From assembly GCA_965113315.1 (NCBI GenBank), contig OZ220367.1: a stretch of DNA of 64,000 nucleotides, one strand, 5' to 3'. Shown piece by piece: positions 25,173 to 39,556 of the stretch. A program made the position numbers and the translations under genes. The DNA is from Podarcis vaucheri. Lineage: Eukaryota. Within the stretch, counting starts at the first letter, position 1, and every line of letters starts with the position of its first letter. The notes below the pieces were generated by a model. It did no database searches. It had not been told where the DNA came from and saw only the letters and a program-made list of their open reading frames with translations.

Positions 25173-26526
25173 ATATATAAGTTGTCTGCTGTTAGTCCAT
25201 GAATTCCACTGCTGAGCTGTGGTATAAATCTACATCTGCAAGGTCAACAGGCGGTGTTTGGTTCAGAAGACCACAAACGGTACATTACCAATGAAACATG
25301 CATAAATATTGCCCTTTTTAATTATGCTTGCTTCCAGACATAAGTCGTTAAATAGACACATGATCGTTGCACATGAGGATGTGTATAGTTTCTCCCTGTG
25401 ATCACCAAGGAAAATCTTGTCTGTGTCAAGTGACTCACAGATAACTGCATATTTTCCTAAGGGAGAAAGAAGTGGGTTGAAGGAAGACTGAATCATTAGA
25501 TTTTTTTATTTCTACCTCCAGCTCTATAAGGTTGAAAGCTTTAGCATGCCACTCTTTTGCTACTCATCTGTTAATTCAGTAGAACCATTAATGGCAAAAG
25601 TGGCTGGGTATCCCTAGCATTTAAGAGGTCCTTGGTTGAAAACAGGCTGGGGGAGGGTGCAATGGTTTGTGAAAATTGCTGGAGTGAGGGTTGGGGGTGG
25701 AGAGAACTATTTCTACCCTTATTTATTTCATGATGAACCCAACATGTAAAGTAGCTTCCAAGACAGGAGGAGGCTAAAATAAAGGCAACTGATATACAAT
25801 GTGTGCATACCGGAGAGAGAAAAATGCCTGTTTACATGTAGTTTAGCACTCAAAAGAAACTCTGAACAGCTGAAATACCTTATAAATAGCTCAGACCCAG
25901 AGGAAGTGCAAACGTCTGCATTGTGAATTGTAGATCTTAATTACAGACAATGGCTGGTACAGCAAGTACTACAGGAGAAAAAAAACCCAGTGAAACAGTT
26001 GCACTGTTCATGGCTGGCAATAACTCTTCAGGAAAATATTTACTATCAATCAGTTATGAGAAAAGGGACTCCGTGCTCATAAAACAGCACGTTGCTTCTC
26101 ATACCAGCACCATTTTGATTCAGCATAATCTGAATTTAAACGGCTTGTTTCCTGCGGATATAATTTTGGAAATAAATAAAACAAATCTTCTATCAAAATC
26201 TGGAGAATGTGGGAAGGGGAAAGGGAGGGGAGACATGCACATTCTTTCTTCAATCCCTTTGCAAATAACTCTGACTAGGGGTGGGGGAAGGGGGAGACTG
26301 TGAAAATGTAAAATATTCCAGATTAAGGCAAACTAGCCTCATACTTCGATTATGACCAACGTGCCACTGTAAAGAAACTGAAAAGCCTAACCCTTTGGAT
26401 GATTTTAATTATGCTTCATGGAGGCAGAATACTTGTAGGTATTAAGTAAACTTCATTTCAGTTTTACATTAGTTATAACACTTTTTCTTTCCATTTAAGA
26501 AATTATCTCCAAAAGATAATTTAGCA

Positions 26527-26537
26527 TGTGTGTGTGT

Positions 26538-26580
<43 letters not shown>
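26527..26580. repeat. (TG)n(AG)n compound microsatellite
   Basis: Seen directly. Confidence 0.95.
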
Positions 26581-26584
<4 letters not shown>

Positions 26585-28001
26585 GATTCTAATTCCATAA
26601 GTTAAAAAACAATTTTGAGCCAAGTACAGCATCACGAAGGAAATGCATCAGTTCCTGGAAGGCAGTATTAGGTTTGTTCAACCATAATTATAAAGGAAAC
26701 AAGAACCTGGGCACAATATAGACCATAGCAGAGTTCAACAGAAAGAAAAGCGGAAAAAACCCACAGTACTGAACACAGAAAAGTCACAATAGATAAATGG
26801 TACTTCAGTTAAGAAAAAGGTTGGCAAGACACCTCCAAGGAAATCCCAACAAGACTGGTCAAGACCTTATGTGCACATTGAAGGGCCTGAACATTCTCAG
26901 GGTCTGAAAATCTCAGGAGCACTAAACTCAGAGTTTCTCAAGCTAGTGTTTTTGATTTCAGGTTCACCTTCTAATATAGTCTACCTTCTGCCTACCCACC
27001 CCCACCAGCCAACTATCTACTCATAGCAGGGGGTGTGGAGTCAAGTGCACAAAGCCTGCTGCACGTGTTCAAAAGATCCACGAAGTAGGAAACTAATTCA
27101 ACACATGCATCAGAATGAATGACAGAACAAGACATATCCAACTCCTCTGAAGGAAAGCAGCCCACCAGGAAAAAACTGTTGTGGCAAAGCAACTCCTTCC
27201 AATTCATACTGGGATGATGGAGCAAGTGGGAAAGCAGTGACTTCCTAAGATTCAATGCTAGAGAGCATTCAACTCAGCTGTGTCTTGGATGATGAGGGGA
27301 AGGAAAAGGTCTACCTGTCTGAGAACCCCATCCCCTATCTGGAACTTTTCATATCTGTCCAGGTGTTCTGCATGCCCAAAGTGGGACATTCATTAGCAGG
27401 CATTTTTAGCTGTGTACCATTCTACCAGATAGCTAAAGTGATCACAGTCACCAATACGTAGCTTGAAGAGCCAAGATTACTAAATAACAGAACAGCTGCT
27501 TGCCTGGCTGGCTTTCACTGCACCAGTGAAAGCAACACCTTGCCTGTCCTTGAGCTCCAGTAAAAAGTTGTGAGGATGCCTTCTCAAAGAAAGTTCGTCA
27601 CAACAGCCAGTCCATACTGTTCTAAGGTGCTGAATTAGTAAGACAGAGAAGTATGTTGAAACTAAATGAAAGTATCCTTTAAAGGAGACAGAGGAGTCTA
27701 CAACCTGAAATTCATATCTCTTATAATCCTAGGAAACCAGATACTGGCTCTGATGCCTGGTCTACCTTGTGTCTGATGGTAGCTATAATTTTAATACTGC
27801 CAACATGCTGAACGGTTTCTGCAGTTGACAGATGCATGCTGATGGTTAGATACCAGCTTAAACTCCATCTGAGATTTTATATCCCTTTTAAAAGATTTGG
27901 CAGACTGGGTTTGCAGATCATTACCAGCTATATAGCTACTTCATTCTTCTTTAAATCTTCTTAGAATCTTCCTGTGTCAACAAGTGTCAGACATTTACTA
28001 T

Positions 28002-28408
28002 GGCTGCCTTCAGACAGCACTTTATTCCATTTTCCTTACCTGATAATTTTAGTGTTTTAGGTGATCTTTCACATGTCAATTCAGGAAATCTAGTGGAAGT
28101 TTAGCACTCATTTGCACGCAAAATGCTTCCAGAAAAAAATCTGTTTGCAACCCTATTAACCTGGATAATCACAGGAGTTTTGTGCTGAAATTTCCCTGTG
28201 GTTTTCACTGCTGCTTATGTGATGAAATTTAGGGCAGTATTCTGGCACTCAGTTCTTTCCTGCCAGCTTCCTGGGTGAATCACAGGGGAACAGAAGAGTG
28301 CATGCACATAAAAAGTGGCGGCACGTTTGATGATGTCCACGGTTGTGTCACACCATGTTCACTGGTGTGAATAGAATTTAGTGTAACACAGCAGTATATG
28401 GAAAGCCA
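28002..28408. mobile_element. Degenerate MITE with GGC...GCC (Harbinger-like) ends
   Basis: ggctgccttcagacagcactttattccat at the left end; gaatagaatttagtg...tatggaaagcc at the right. Confidence 0.4.
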
Positions 28409-29212
28409 CAGTTTCAGAACACAACAGTTAATGCAGTAACATTAGAAACGAGGACAGAAGTGCTAACATTGCAACCAGAATTTCAATTAACACCCACTGA
28501 ATTTCACCTATAAAGCAAACTAGTGATATATTCACAGATACTACAATACTGAATCTCTGCAAAGTGGTTTGTTTAGTCTTCAGGGTATTTGGCAATGCAT
28601 ATCCCACGTCAACTCCACTTTCAAAAGGTTTTGAACTAGTAATGCAGTTCTCGTCTATATACACCATCATGAGAAATATCTACTTCCTATGAGAGTTCAA
28701 TGCTTCCCCACACATTTTAAGAAGAACACCACTCCCAGCAACACACAAATATGCAAAATATGTGCCCAAGAATAAACACTCTGGTGCAGCAGTGCTTGGA
28801 AGGACCATATCTTTTATCAGAGACGAGGATTCATTACCTAATTTTTGTCTCCGGCTTTCTTCTCATAGATGTTTGTCAAGATCCCAGGGGAAATTAACAG
28901 AGTTCTAATTTTTGTGGGCTACCATTTTGAGGGCACACCTTTAATTAAAGGTGCTACAAACTACTTTTAGTAAGTGCAGCTCCCTTGTGATTTCCTGCCA
29001 GCCACACACAACTTCTGGTCAAACGAATGAGTTCTGCGTAGAAGAAAAGTTTACTGCTAGAGGAAGCACATGCAGGGAAAACTCTGCCAAGCTATTTTAT
29101 AATCTCAGGCTGAGAATTTGAAACCAAGAACCTGAAGGGGGTTTCCAATAAGACAGCTATATACTTGCAGATAAAGGGGGGAGGGAGAAACACTCATTTG
29201 TAGAAAAGTAAG

Positions 29213-29551
29213 TCTGCCGCTTGGGCTTGCCGATCGGAAGGTCGGCGGTTCGGATCCCTGCGATGGGGTGAGCTCCCATTGCTCGGTCCCAGCTCCTGTC
29301 AACCTAGCAATTCAAAAGCACGCAGTGCAAGTAGATAAATAAGTACCGCTCTGGCGGGAAGGTAAATGGTGTTTCCGTGCGCTGCTCTGGTTTTGCCAGA
29401 AGCAGCTTAGTCATGCTGGCCACATGACCCAGAAAAGCTGTCTGCGGAAGCGGACGAACGCTGGCTCCCTCGGCCTGTAAAGCGAGATGAGCGCCGCAAC
29501 CCCAGAGTCGTTTGCGACTAGACTAAATTGTCAGGGGTCCCTTTACCTTTT
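29213..29551 (+). mobile_element. Sauria SINE, 5'-truncated
   Basis: B-box-like ggttcggatcc, body matching the 60397 copy, ggtccctttaccttt tail, possible aagtaag target-site duplication. Confidence 0.92.
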
Positions 29552-29989
29552 AAGTAAGAATCAAGGCATCAGTTTGGATACAACGCTACACAAAACGCTT
29601 CACAACTAAGAAGATGCATTTTGCATTACTGAGCTGATGTCCCCCATCTGCCATAGAAGGACTGGACGTCGCCGTATTTTTCAGAGTATTAGGAAAAAGA
29701 CAACCACAAGGCCTCCAGCCCCCCCCCCCCAATTATGAGCCTGAACTCTGACCCTGTATCATCACATTTTAGTTGCTCCACTGGACTCATACAGGACATG
29801 GAACAGGGACTGCAGAGACTTGGGCTCAACCAACATTTCCCAAGTCTTACTGCAAAAGACCCACCACGCCACTAAATCACTTAGTTGCACCCTAAGCTAC
29901 GCTCTTTGCACTCACTTGCTTGATATGTATGTCATGGCTTGCACACTCCCCTCATTCTACAAGGAGGACACTGGAAATTTTTGTTACTG

Positions 29990-30540
29990 TTTTATGTTAA
30001 CCACAGTTTATGAACCATCTGAACCCTAAACTGTGGTTAATCTTAAACTGATGATCAGCAGAAATAAGCCAGCTTCACAAACTACTGGTTGTGCATTCAG
30101 TATTGTGAGTCCAATTCTGAGGAGCTCCCTCCAAGCTGAAATAAGGCAGCCTGCTCCCTGGTGCTTGGTAAACATTTTATGCTTGGTAAAGACTTTCAGC
30201 AGGCTCTCCCCCCCCCCGAATCTTATAGTTTATTTTAACTATTTTTATGCTGTATCCCTCCATAACACCTATTGTACACAATACAACTGCAGTATTAAAC
30301 TATGTATAAATTATTAGAATTAGAAAAATAATAATAAATAAGCCAAAGTTAAAATTAATCACAGCTTCACAGAGGTTAGACAACAAGGCGAGCTGTGGTT
30401 AATCTAAAACAGAAGCAAAAACCTTTCAAACTCTTCCTTGTAGCTGCCCCTGAGGAGGAGAGGGAGAAAGCAAGCATAAGGCCTGCTGAGGTTTGCTACC
30501 GCAATACTAAACTATGGCTTAGTCTTTTGTCTGACCAGTT
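29990..30540. mobile_element. Palindromic MITE remnant with a nested L2 3' end (about 30110-30340)
   Basis: ttaaccacagttta...aaactgtggttaa inverted units occur on both sides of an SLQAEIRQ-like segment with an (AAT) tail. Confidence 0.45.
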
Positions 30541-32159
30541 CACTGAAGCTCCAACCACACTGAGCTGCAAACTATGCAAAAGCATACAGAGACAGGCAGA
30601 GTTGTACAGAGGGTGTGACTCCATACAGCTTGGTCCTCCAGAGTAACATTATGTACACTACTGAATGCCAAAATTCAAACGGAGGTATCTATCTGGCCTT
30701 AGGGAGAATTTCATTCTGTCTGGGGTTAAGCAAGCTTCCCACAGAGTTATGCACACAGAGCGATTGCTCAGACTGCTCACACATTGGCACCATACATAAA
30801 TGGATGTTGGATTCTGTAGAATGACACACTTGAGGAGAAATGTTGTATGCGACAGGCAGTTTTACAGAAAGGTGGAGAAAATTTGCATGGCATTACTGTC
30901 TGCCAAAGGGATTATTTTTTTATATTTGAGTAAAGTTAAAGAAAGGTTTCTTGGATATGGCATCTATCTAGAGCAAGAATACATATGCTGGGGGAAAGGC
31001 ATTACAGGAAGAAATCCCAAGGAATGAGGAGGCAGAAGAGGGCAATCATTTCTCTACCAGCCATTTTGTTGGGGGTGGGAAGAGGAGGGGGAGAGATGCT
31101 GCAAAAGCGCCAGCTGGTTTTGCTAACAGATGGCTGCATGCACTGATCTGTCCTGCAGGGCTATCCTGAACTTCCTTCCAATGGAAACATGAAGCTTAAG
31201 CAAGGCTAAACATGCCCTTTTTATATACACTGTATCGTGGCTGGAATGTTTTCCAGTCATTCACAATCCCTCAGACACGGTTCTTATTTTATGGGAGTTA
31301 TATTTAGTTGCAGGGGAAGCCAAAGACAGGATGCACATTTCCCTGAGAATGTCTCTTTTGATGTGGCAATGCAAAAGGGAACATACCCAATCCACCATTC
31401 CTCCGAAAGTGCTTTGTTTTAAAATCAGATGTGTCTTCAACCCGCTGACAATGTCTCCGTACTGCAGTAAGTATGTGAATCAAATCCCCCACCTCGGCTC
31501 CAGTTGTGTGACTTGAGACAGTGGCCAGCAGGGGGGGTATGAGAATATCATATGCTCCCTGTCTAAAATTGCAGGGGCTTAAATTCAGAAAGGAGGCAGG
31601 GTTGCAGCCCTACAATCTGAATGCCCACTCAACTGCCTCTCTCTGCTGGAAGCAAACATGGACAACTTGTTTGGACAAAGACAGCATAAAAATAAATAAA
31701 CCACCAGTTGGAGGTGCAACAGTTGAGTTGTGCGTTTCTCATATTACCATGGCTATTGCTAAGATACATTTGGCACATTTTTTGTTTAAAAGGGCCCAAC
31801 AAATCATAAGATTTTTTTTAAAAAACCCCACTAGGATTTTCAACTTTCATTTCTAAATTTTCACCATATTATCATCCTAATTTCAAAAACTAGCGATTAT
31901 TGTTATAATTATTATATTCATTTATATCTCACCTTTTTCCTTTACAGGCAGGGAACTAATGAGGAAGGGATTCTTAGGATTAAAACAAAAAATGTGCATT
32001 ATCGATAAAGGACTACATAAATTCCCATAAGACCCTATGGACTCAATTAGGTTTACACAGATACATTCAGAAAGCACAGTATTAAATTGCCTCTCCAAAG
32101 AAGAGAGAACTTGCAGCTTATTGACCTGGTACAAGAATGGCAGTTGCAGCTTTACTTAC

Positions 32160-32249
32160 TTTGGCCACACAGTTTTCAGTCTTCATAGCAGTGCTCCCTA
32201 AGCAAACTGCTTCCTGGTTGATGCAGAGCCTGGCACAGCTATTATAGGT
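32160..32249 (-). CDS. BTRC: BTRC coding exon (equivalent to human exon 4), 90 bp, phase 0/0: TYNSCARLCINQEAVCLGSTAMKTENCVAK
   Basis: Continues the previous exon in frame and matches recalled human TYNSCARLCLNQETVCLASTAMKTENCVAK. Acceptor ttttgtttcttcttcacag, donor gtaagt. Confidence 0.96.
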
Positions 32250-33021
32250 CTGTGAAGAAGAAACAAAATAATGGTTTGGATAATGGAACTGTATTTGTTC
32301 TAAAGGTAAGGTGTTTCATTTATTTAGAGCAGCTAATTGCATTCATGGGCTTCTACTTTTAAAGCAGACAGCCTGCATTATATAGTCATATAGAGATATC
32401 ATACACAATGGTCAAGTCTGCCCTACAGGGATTTGTACTGCTTAAATCAAGAGCCTTACATTTCAAGGACCATGAAAAAAAATGCACCTCCAAGTTCTTA
32501 AATTAAGAAATCTAAGGGCGGGGTGGGGGAATATGCCCACTCCATACTCTTCTACAGCAGTGGTTTAAAGCAGAGACCCAAACTCCACCACCACCTGCAA
32601 AAGCTCATTTTGTCAATTGTTAAAATGTGGCGTAGGTGGTAACACTCTGTTCTCCACAAGGTTATTATTTCCCTGGGGAAGCGAAGCTATTGTTTACCGT
32701 ACTTAACTTTTACAAAGGTGTACATTCCAAAAGTATTTCAACGTGGTTTACAGAAAACTAAAACACACAATGGAGCACAAATCTAAATAAAAAGCAAAAA
32801 AGCAATAGATCCTCTTTGCATTCCATCCCAAAAAACTCAAGCAGCAACAAGAAGCAAAAGTGTTGTTAATATTCCCGTGAAGGAGCAAAAATTCAAAGCA
32901 TCAGGAAGGGGCTCCATAGTGGATTTGGAACCTTCCTATTTCACTTAGGACAAAACGAAGCACTGCCATGTAAACTTTTCTGCTTCTGGGCTCAATGATT
33001 CTTGAGGAAGCTTAAACAACT

Positions 33022-33520
33022 GATTATTTATTTACTTACTGCATTTACATGGGCTGCCCAACAATATACGCTGTCCAAGCAGCTCACAGAAATTTTAAAA
33101 ATAAAATAAAATATTAAGAATAAAATGTAAAATAATAAAAGTCGCATTAAAAAAAAGTTTTCTCGAAGAGAAACAATAAAGCATGGATCCTAAGACTGAG
33201 ATGGCCAGATTGAACAACTTGTGGTTTTTTTTAATAGCCTGGATGCATAAAAAGGCTTTTACCTGTTGCCAAAAAGGCTGCAAGGCTGACACCAAGCAAG
33301 TCTCTTTATAAAGCATGTTCCATAATTGGGTGCCACCACTGAGAAGACCCTCTTCCTAGTAACTGTCTGCCTCATTTCATTTGGTGACAGCATGAAGCGC
33401 AGGGCTTCTGGAAAGGATCTCAAGGATCAGGTAGGTAGGTACCGGTATATATATACAGAACAAGGATATCTTCTGAGTAACTTGACCCCAAGCTGTTTGT
33501 GGTTTTGTAAAATTTAAGGG
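33022..33520 (-). mobile_element. L2 LINE 3' portion
   Basis: (ttta)n tail; gttccataattggggtgccaccactgagaagaccctc is the rc of RVFSVVAPQLWN-like sequence. Confidence 0.7.
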
Positions 33521-33751
33521 TAGCATCTCTATGAGAGAGTATGTCATACAGATAATATTGCATTTTCAGCCACAGTCACAGAGGAATAGACACGTAATTT
33601 GTTCTTGGAATATGCCCACATATGTTGAAGCAGGCAATATCTTGTGCAACCCCTTCTGTGTGAAAGATTAGGAGGAATGCCTCTACTAAGATGCAAGCCA
33701 CAGTATTTAAAAAGGCATAAAAACATTTTCATTAAATCTGCTGCCCAATTA

Positions 33752-34115
33752 CCATATTTTTTGCACCATAACACTCACTTTTTTCCTCCTAGAAAGTAAG
33801 GGGAAATGTCTGTGCGTGTTATGGAGCGAATGCCTGCGGGTGGCGGGGGGGATCTGCTGCAGTCATGAGCAGAGGATCCATGGTTCCCCTTCCTTCCTTC
33901 CTCCGTGGCTACAAAGCATGGATCCACATGGATCCTCAGGATTTTTGCATTGGGCTACTCCAAACTCACTGTCAGATCACATGTCTGTGACCACAGCATG
34001 AACCACAAAAATCATATATCCACTATTTCATGTAGAATATTTTTTTCTTGTTTTCCTCCTCTAAAAACTATGTGTGTGTTATGGTCTGGTGCGTGTTATA
34101 GAGTGAAAAATACGG
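33752..34115. mobile_element. Tc1/mariner (pogo-like) MITE
   Basis: Imperfect 27-bp TIRs ccatattttttgcaccataacactcac / gtgcgtgttatagagtgaaaaatacgg with TA on both sides. Confidence 0.85.
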
Positions 34116-37100
34116 TAATCAGGGGCACCTTTTTAATTGATTAGAAGTTTTCAATTTTTCATCACCCAAACACTGCCACCCCTGTCATTACCTCATGTTG
34201 TACTCCTTTGTGAGATTCACAAAGGATTGTTACATTATTGATCATTCTACAGAAGTCCAAACTCCGTGTTTTGGCTATAAAAGGATTTCTGATTCAATTC
34301 TAGCTCAGAAACCCGAACTGTCCAAGCATCTCCTCCCCAATCACCAAGAGAGGCCATTTCTAGGCCACAGGAAGCACTGTTTGAAATGGCAGCCAGATAC
34401 TGAGCCAGAGGCAGATAGCTTTGCGTTGGAGTGCTTTAATACGGTTTTATACTGCATATAAAGAATGCAAGCATAAACCAGTTTGTTGAAAACTACCCTT
34501 TTGGTGAAAGCTGGCTATAATTCTGAACAAGTTTTCAATTTTCACACTGCTGCTAGGGTAAAACATTTTAAAGAGTTTAATTTTTACAGTGGCTTCAATG
34601 ACACAGGATTATCCAACAAAGTAATGGCTAATCAATAGAGGGTTTAGTTGTCAGGTGAAACATATAACACACTAAAAGGGATTGATTGCTAGGCTCCTCC
34701 TTATTTACTGGAAGGTATATATTTAAAATGACACAAACTTGTTACCAAGCCACATTCCTTTAACCTTGCAAAAGCTGTTTGAGATGAGTGTTAAGCAGCC
34801 TATAGCAACACACTAATGGGAAAAAAATATCTACCGACGTATGACCGCTTCAAATCATGTCAGGAGCAGAAATGCAATGAGAGGAGCTCGGCGATGCAAA
34901 GCAGCATCTATCGCCAGACAAAGGTCCAAATTACCACCTGCAGATGCTGCTATGGATGTGGAGAGACTGTCTGGAGTACCACTTAAAAATTACATGAAGT
35001 GTAAAACATTGTCTTTTCATAATCTGTGGGGAAAATCAGAATATTTTGAGGTGGACTGAGGTGGTAAGGAGGGAGTATCTAAAATACAGAAACAATGAGC
35101 AAAGTATGAAATGGATCTTTCTTCTTTTCAATAAACACTGTAGTGCTTGGCCAACCTTCTCTCTGCAGCCATAAGGACTAAAAATTTACCCGTTTTAAAG
35201 TAGCAGAAACTGCTTCATATCTATGTTCCACAGCAGTGCAGGGTATATTAACAACTCTACTTTTCTGACTGACAAACATCTTAAGGTCTCATATTTTTAG
35301 GTTATGCCCAAAAGTACAAAGGATGAATATGACAAACACACACATCGTATCACAACATTCAGAGGATGGGAATTGGTGCAGCTCTCTGCTGAATGCCCAG
35401 GGTCGGTTCCTATGCAATGAATAAAATGGTCTACAGGTCCTTCCAATGGCAGGATCAAGTGGGCCTATTCTTAATCCTTTGAATCCCTGAGGGCTTCCAC
35501 GTTTTCCATCTATACCAATGGATGGCTTTTGCAATTGCAGGGTCTAAATAAAAAGTTATTTCACAATTCATCCAAAAGATCCCATATTTCAGCACACCAG
35601 CACTTTAATTGGAGAATCTAAATGTTCAATAAGATTTCTTTCCCACCCCTGTAGTCAATAATTACATGATTTATCAGAGAAGGATATTATTGTAGTAAAA
35701 ACACAACAACGAAATCCAAGAGCACAATCTTCCCCCAAGTCATTTCCAGAGACAAGATTATTAAACTCTTTTTTTCATTGTTCAAACAAGGGCTTTTGGA
35801 GCAAAGCACCAATTGCCAAATGGTAAGAAAATAGTTATTAGACTCTGAAGAATTCAGTGGAAGTGGGAAGTTATACGAACAAATCACTCTTGCAGATTCA
35901 GAAAGATCGCTTTCATCTCACTTACAGGGCCTTATGAGACCTCCATTAATTACCCTTAAGGTCTTTCACACAGACTATTTTTTAAAAAGGCAATTTATTT
36001 ATTTATTTCCAATGAGGTGCTTCTTCCGAAAGTATTAAATAATGCCTGCAAATTTAAAAGCGTTTTTATAAACAGGTAATTAAAAAAAAGGAAGATGAGA
36101 ATTAAGTCAAGCTGCAGAGCATTACCCAGAATCCACTGTGATTATCGTTTCTATATTTAAAGTAAAATGTCTAGTCTCTGTTGCTCGGAATGCTTGTGGG
36201 AAGGGGAAAAGATCTCTGCAGGAAGTCAGCAAGAAAAAATATAGACTAGCCAAGCCAAAACCAAGAACATTTACAGAAACGTCCCCAAAGCTCAGTTTGT
36301 CATATTGCAATTACACCTTGCCTACTGTGGAGCCAGAGTCCCTAATTTTGCCACTAGAGGGAAGAATTGTCTCAACACATGGTGATGGCAAATGGGGAAT
36401 GGGTTTTCCTGAGCAATTTCCATAACAATGCTCCCTTGGCTGTATGTACCTTCTAATTACTCAGTACAATTAAAATGACTAACCTAAAAACAAATGGGGG
36501 GAGGAAATGCTCAGCCCATTTCCAACATTTGTGTCCTCTTTTATCAATCAAAACAAGAAGGACAATGCTACTTTGTGTCCCATTCCCGAGCCACTGAAAC
36601 TTATTCAGTAAAACAATATTGACAAAAGCAAGGAGTACTGAATTGCTTGTAAAACAAAAACTGAAACAGGGGGGAAAAAACCAAACAAAAGAGAAATGTC
36701 ATGGTATTTAGCCATCTGGTAGCAGCTTGAAAACAAATTGTCCTCCAAAGAGCAGAAATACAGTATGCTTTCTCTCAGTTCACTGGCTTATGAATATAGC
36801 TCCCCCTCCTGCCTTTCCCCCTAAAGTAGATAAGCTAACGCTGGATGTAAGTGGCTTTCGCAAACTTTTTACACTTATACCCCATTATTCAAAGGTCGCC
36901 CTAGCCAACTGGGCTAACTGCATCTTTCCCCCCAAAGGGCTACTGGATATGTAGCACCTCCTTAAAATGCTCTAGATTTTCTGCCTGCCAATGAAAATTT
37001 TGCCTTGTGGTTGCTGATCTTCCGAGGCTTAAATCCTTCATTTTATAAGGCTAGTCATTAAAAGGGAAGATGGCAGGCAAGTCAGTCATTTTTCTTCCCC

Positions 37101-38803
37101 ATTGACAATTGGTGACATTTCTCCAGCAGCGCACAAGGTGTTGAAAACCTGGCAGCTGTTACCTCCTGGGACGGAGCTCCTTTTTTATCCTCCTCTTGAC
37201 AGCTTAACTCAATGGGTCAGCACCTTTAAAGACTGCAAAGTATCAGTGAAGTGGATGGCCAGAGTTGAATTACTGCACCCTTCCTAATCAATGTAAACCC
37301 TCACTGCAGGTGAAACTCTTCATCTATAGAGGTGCATGGGGGAGGAAAATGTAATGCCCTGAGCCAGATGGGTTTCATCTTGTGGTTTTTTTGTGGTTGC
37401 TTTTTTAAAAGAAAGGAACAAGCTAACAAGGGGACAGCTACTTTGTCAGCTTCTTGGCCTCTCTCATGGCTCCGAGGCCCCAGGGTTCCAGCCACACAAG
37501 AGAAAAGAATTCAGCATACACGTAAACACTTAAAGAAATATAACTAGGGAGATGGCAACATGCTGTTTTCAAAGACTTGAGAGTCCTGCTCAGAGCTTTA
37601 TTTATCACTACCCACGTTCATTGGCCTGTAAGTGGACACGGAAACAAAAGGTCAGGACAATAGACAACGCAAGCAATTTACTCCATTACGGGGGAATGCA
37701 GAAATGCCGCACATCTGACAGACCCGATTAGCATTGAAGTAGGGACAGGGGGCAACCACAGAGTTTTTAGGCTGCAAGACAACATTTCTGCTGAACAGGC
37801 AAGGATTTCTGCACAAGTGATATTTGGGATAATTACTGGCCTCAAGTACAAATGAAATAAAACTCTGGAGGATTTTAATAGTGGATAGAAAAACACAAAA
37901 GCAAATTATAAGTACATTTGAAATAACTATTCCCCCTTCATACTGGGTCAGTTTTTCCTAACAAGAGTTCAAGATTGATAGAAATTACAGCTTAGACACC
38001 AACTCTTTTCCTCACACAAACATCTACAGCCTACTCTACAGTAACTAGGAAGCAACGTTCCTTTACTTTTGCCTCTCTTTTGCTCTGGCTTGCCCATACT
38101 TTTAAGCATCCTGCAGCACAAAATGTCAGAGGCTTTGTATGTCCTCCACAACCTCTAAATGTTGCAGCTCTGTGTCGAATTGCTGAAGGAAGAGTTCATG
38201 AAAATGCTGGGTGGCTGGGACGGGGTGGGGTGGAGAAGGGTCTTGAGTGCCTCACTTTCTTTCCATCGGGAAGCTCTTAGGAGAGATGATCCCGATGAAA
38301 AGTGCAAGGCACATCATTGCAATCCCGCTGCCGTCAGCACATCCCCATGGCACCTTTTGACACGATTTCCTCTCCACAGAGATCCACCCCCAACTCACCC
38401 CATAGAGCAAGTCTTGACAGCAAAAAGGCACTTCATTATTACCCCATTTGAGCACAGGAGAGAGAAGCTTTCTTTAAACAACCTGCATTGTGCCAATATT
38501 TTTAAAGACAGTAGGGTAATCAAGTTCAGGGCAGCTCCGGACAGCTGCCCTGTGACCTATGCCTGCTGACCCTTGCTATTCATCACTTTCCTTTGGAGGA
38601 TGAGGTCAAGCTCCCGGGGAGTGACCACTACAATAGACAGATACAAGCCAACAATAATATGGTTCCTACAAAAAAGAACGGGAAAACCCAGATGGCACTG
38701 CAATAAATTTACAGATCTTCATTCATGGCTCTGTTTAACACAACCAAAAGCCAAAAGGCTCAAAGGTCCCTGGGGAGCTTCCCCCTCATTGGTTTCTAAA
38801 AGC

Positions 38804-38805
<2 letters not shown>

Positions 38806-38847
<42 letters not shown>
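38806..38847. repeat. (TC)n microsatellite
   Basis: Seen directly. Confidence 0.95.
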
Positions 38848-38850
<3 letters not shown>

Positions 38851-39187
38851 TACTAAGCCCCAACTCTTCAGAAATGGAGACGAAGCCCTTAAAATAACAA
38901 ATGCCCGACCTAATCAATCTACTATTCGGATCCAACACTAAATGATGGCTACTGAAAACTAATTACAGTTTTTGGCAAGAACGTTGAATTTAAAATGGAA
39001 ACATACAGGTTAAAAAGGCACTGAAGCATTTGAGGGTCTGTTTTAAAAAGACTGCACACATGCACAAAACAGGACTCAAACCAGGAGACTGATTCAATAA
39101 TTCACACATTTATTTTTAAAATGAATCAGATTAGTCCCATGTGTGACCTGCCGGTCCATCTGTATTCACTGGACTTAATGGGCACTC

Positions 39188-39320
39188 NNNNNNNNNNNNN
39201 NNNNNNNNNNNNNNNNNNNNNNNNNNNNNNNNNNNNNNNNNNNNNNNNNNNNNNNNNNNNNNNNNNNNNNNNNNNNNNNNNNNNNNNNNNNNNNNNNNNN
39301 NNNNNNNNNNNNNNNNNNNA
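39188..39320. promoter_or_regulatory. Masked block (133 N) in the intron between the two readable exons, candidate conserved element
   Basis: Unique flanks, no splice consensus at its edges. Confidence 0.45.
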
Positions 39321-39556
39321 AAATTCGTTTGTTAGCTTAAACATAGTTGCCAAAAACTTTGTCCCCTTGTCGTGGTTTTCCAAGGCTGCAAACACACATT
39401 CACACAACCTCCCCCACCCCCAGCCCCCCAGCATTCAATTTACCCCCAAGTCTTTCTTCACAGAATACATGCTAATAAGACCTAATTATATTTACTTCTC
39501 TAAACGGTACATGGCTTTAAACTAGGTTATGTTTCTCTCTGCTGGCTTCTTCTATG

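Noticed and set aside
1-32159. Search for BTRC exon 5 and later (D-domain/F-box) or a nested gene
   Set aside because: No matching peptide was seen. The short ORFs there have no recognisable homology.
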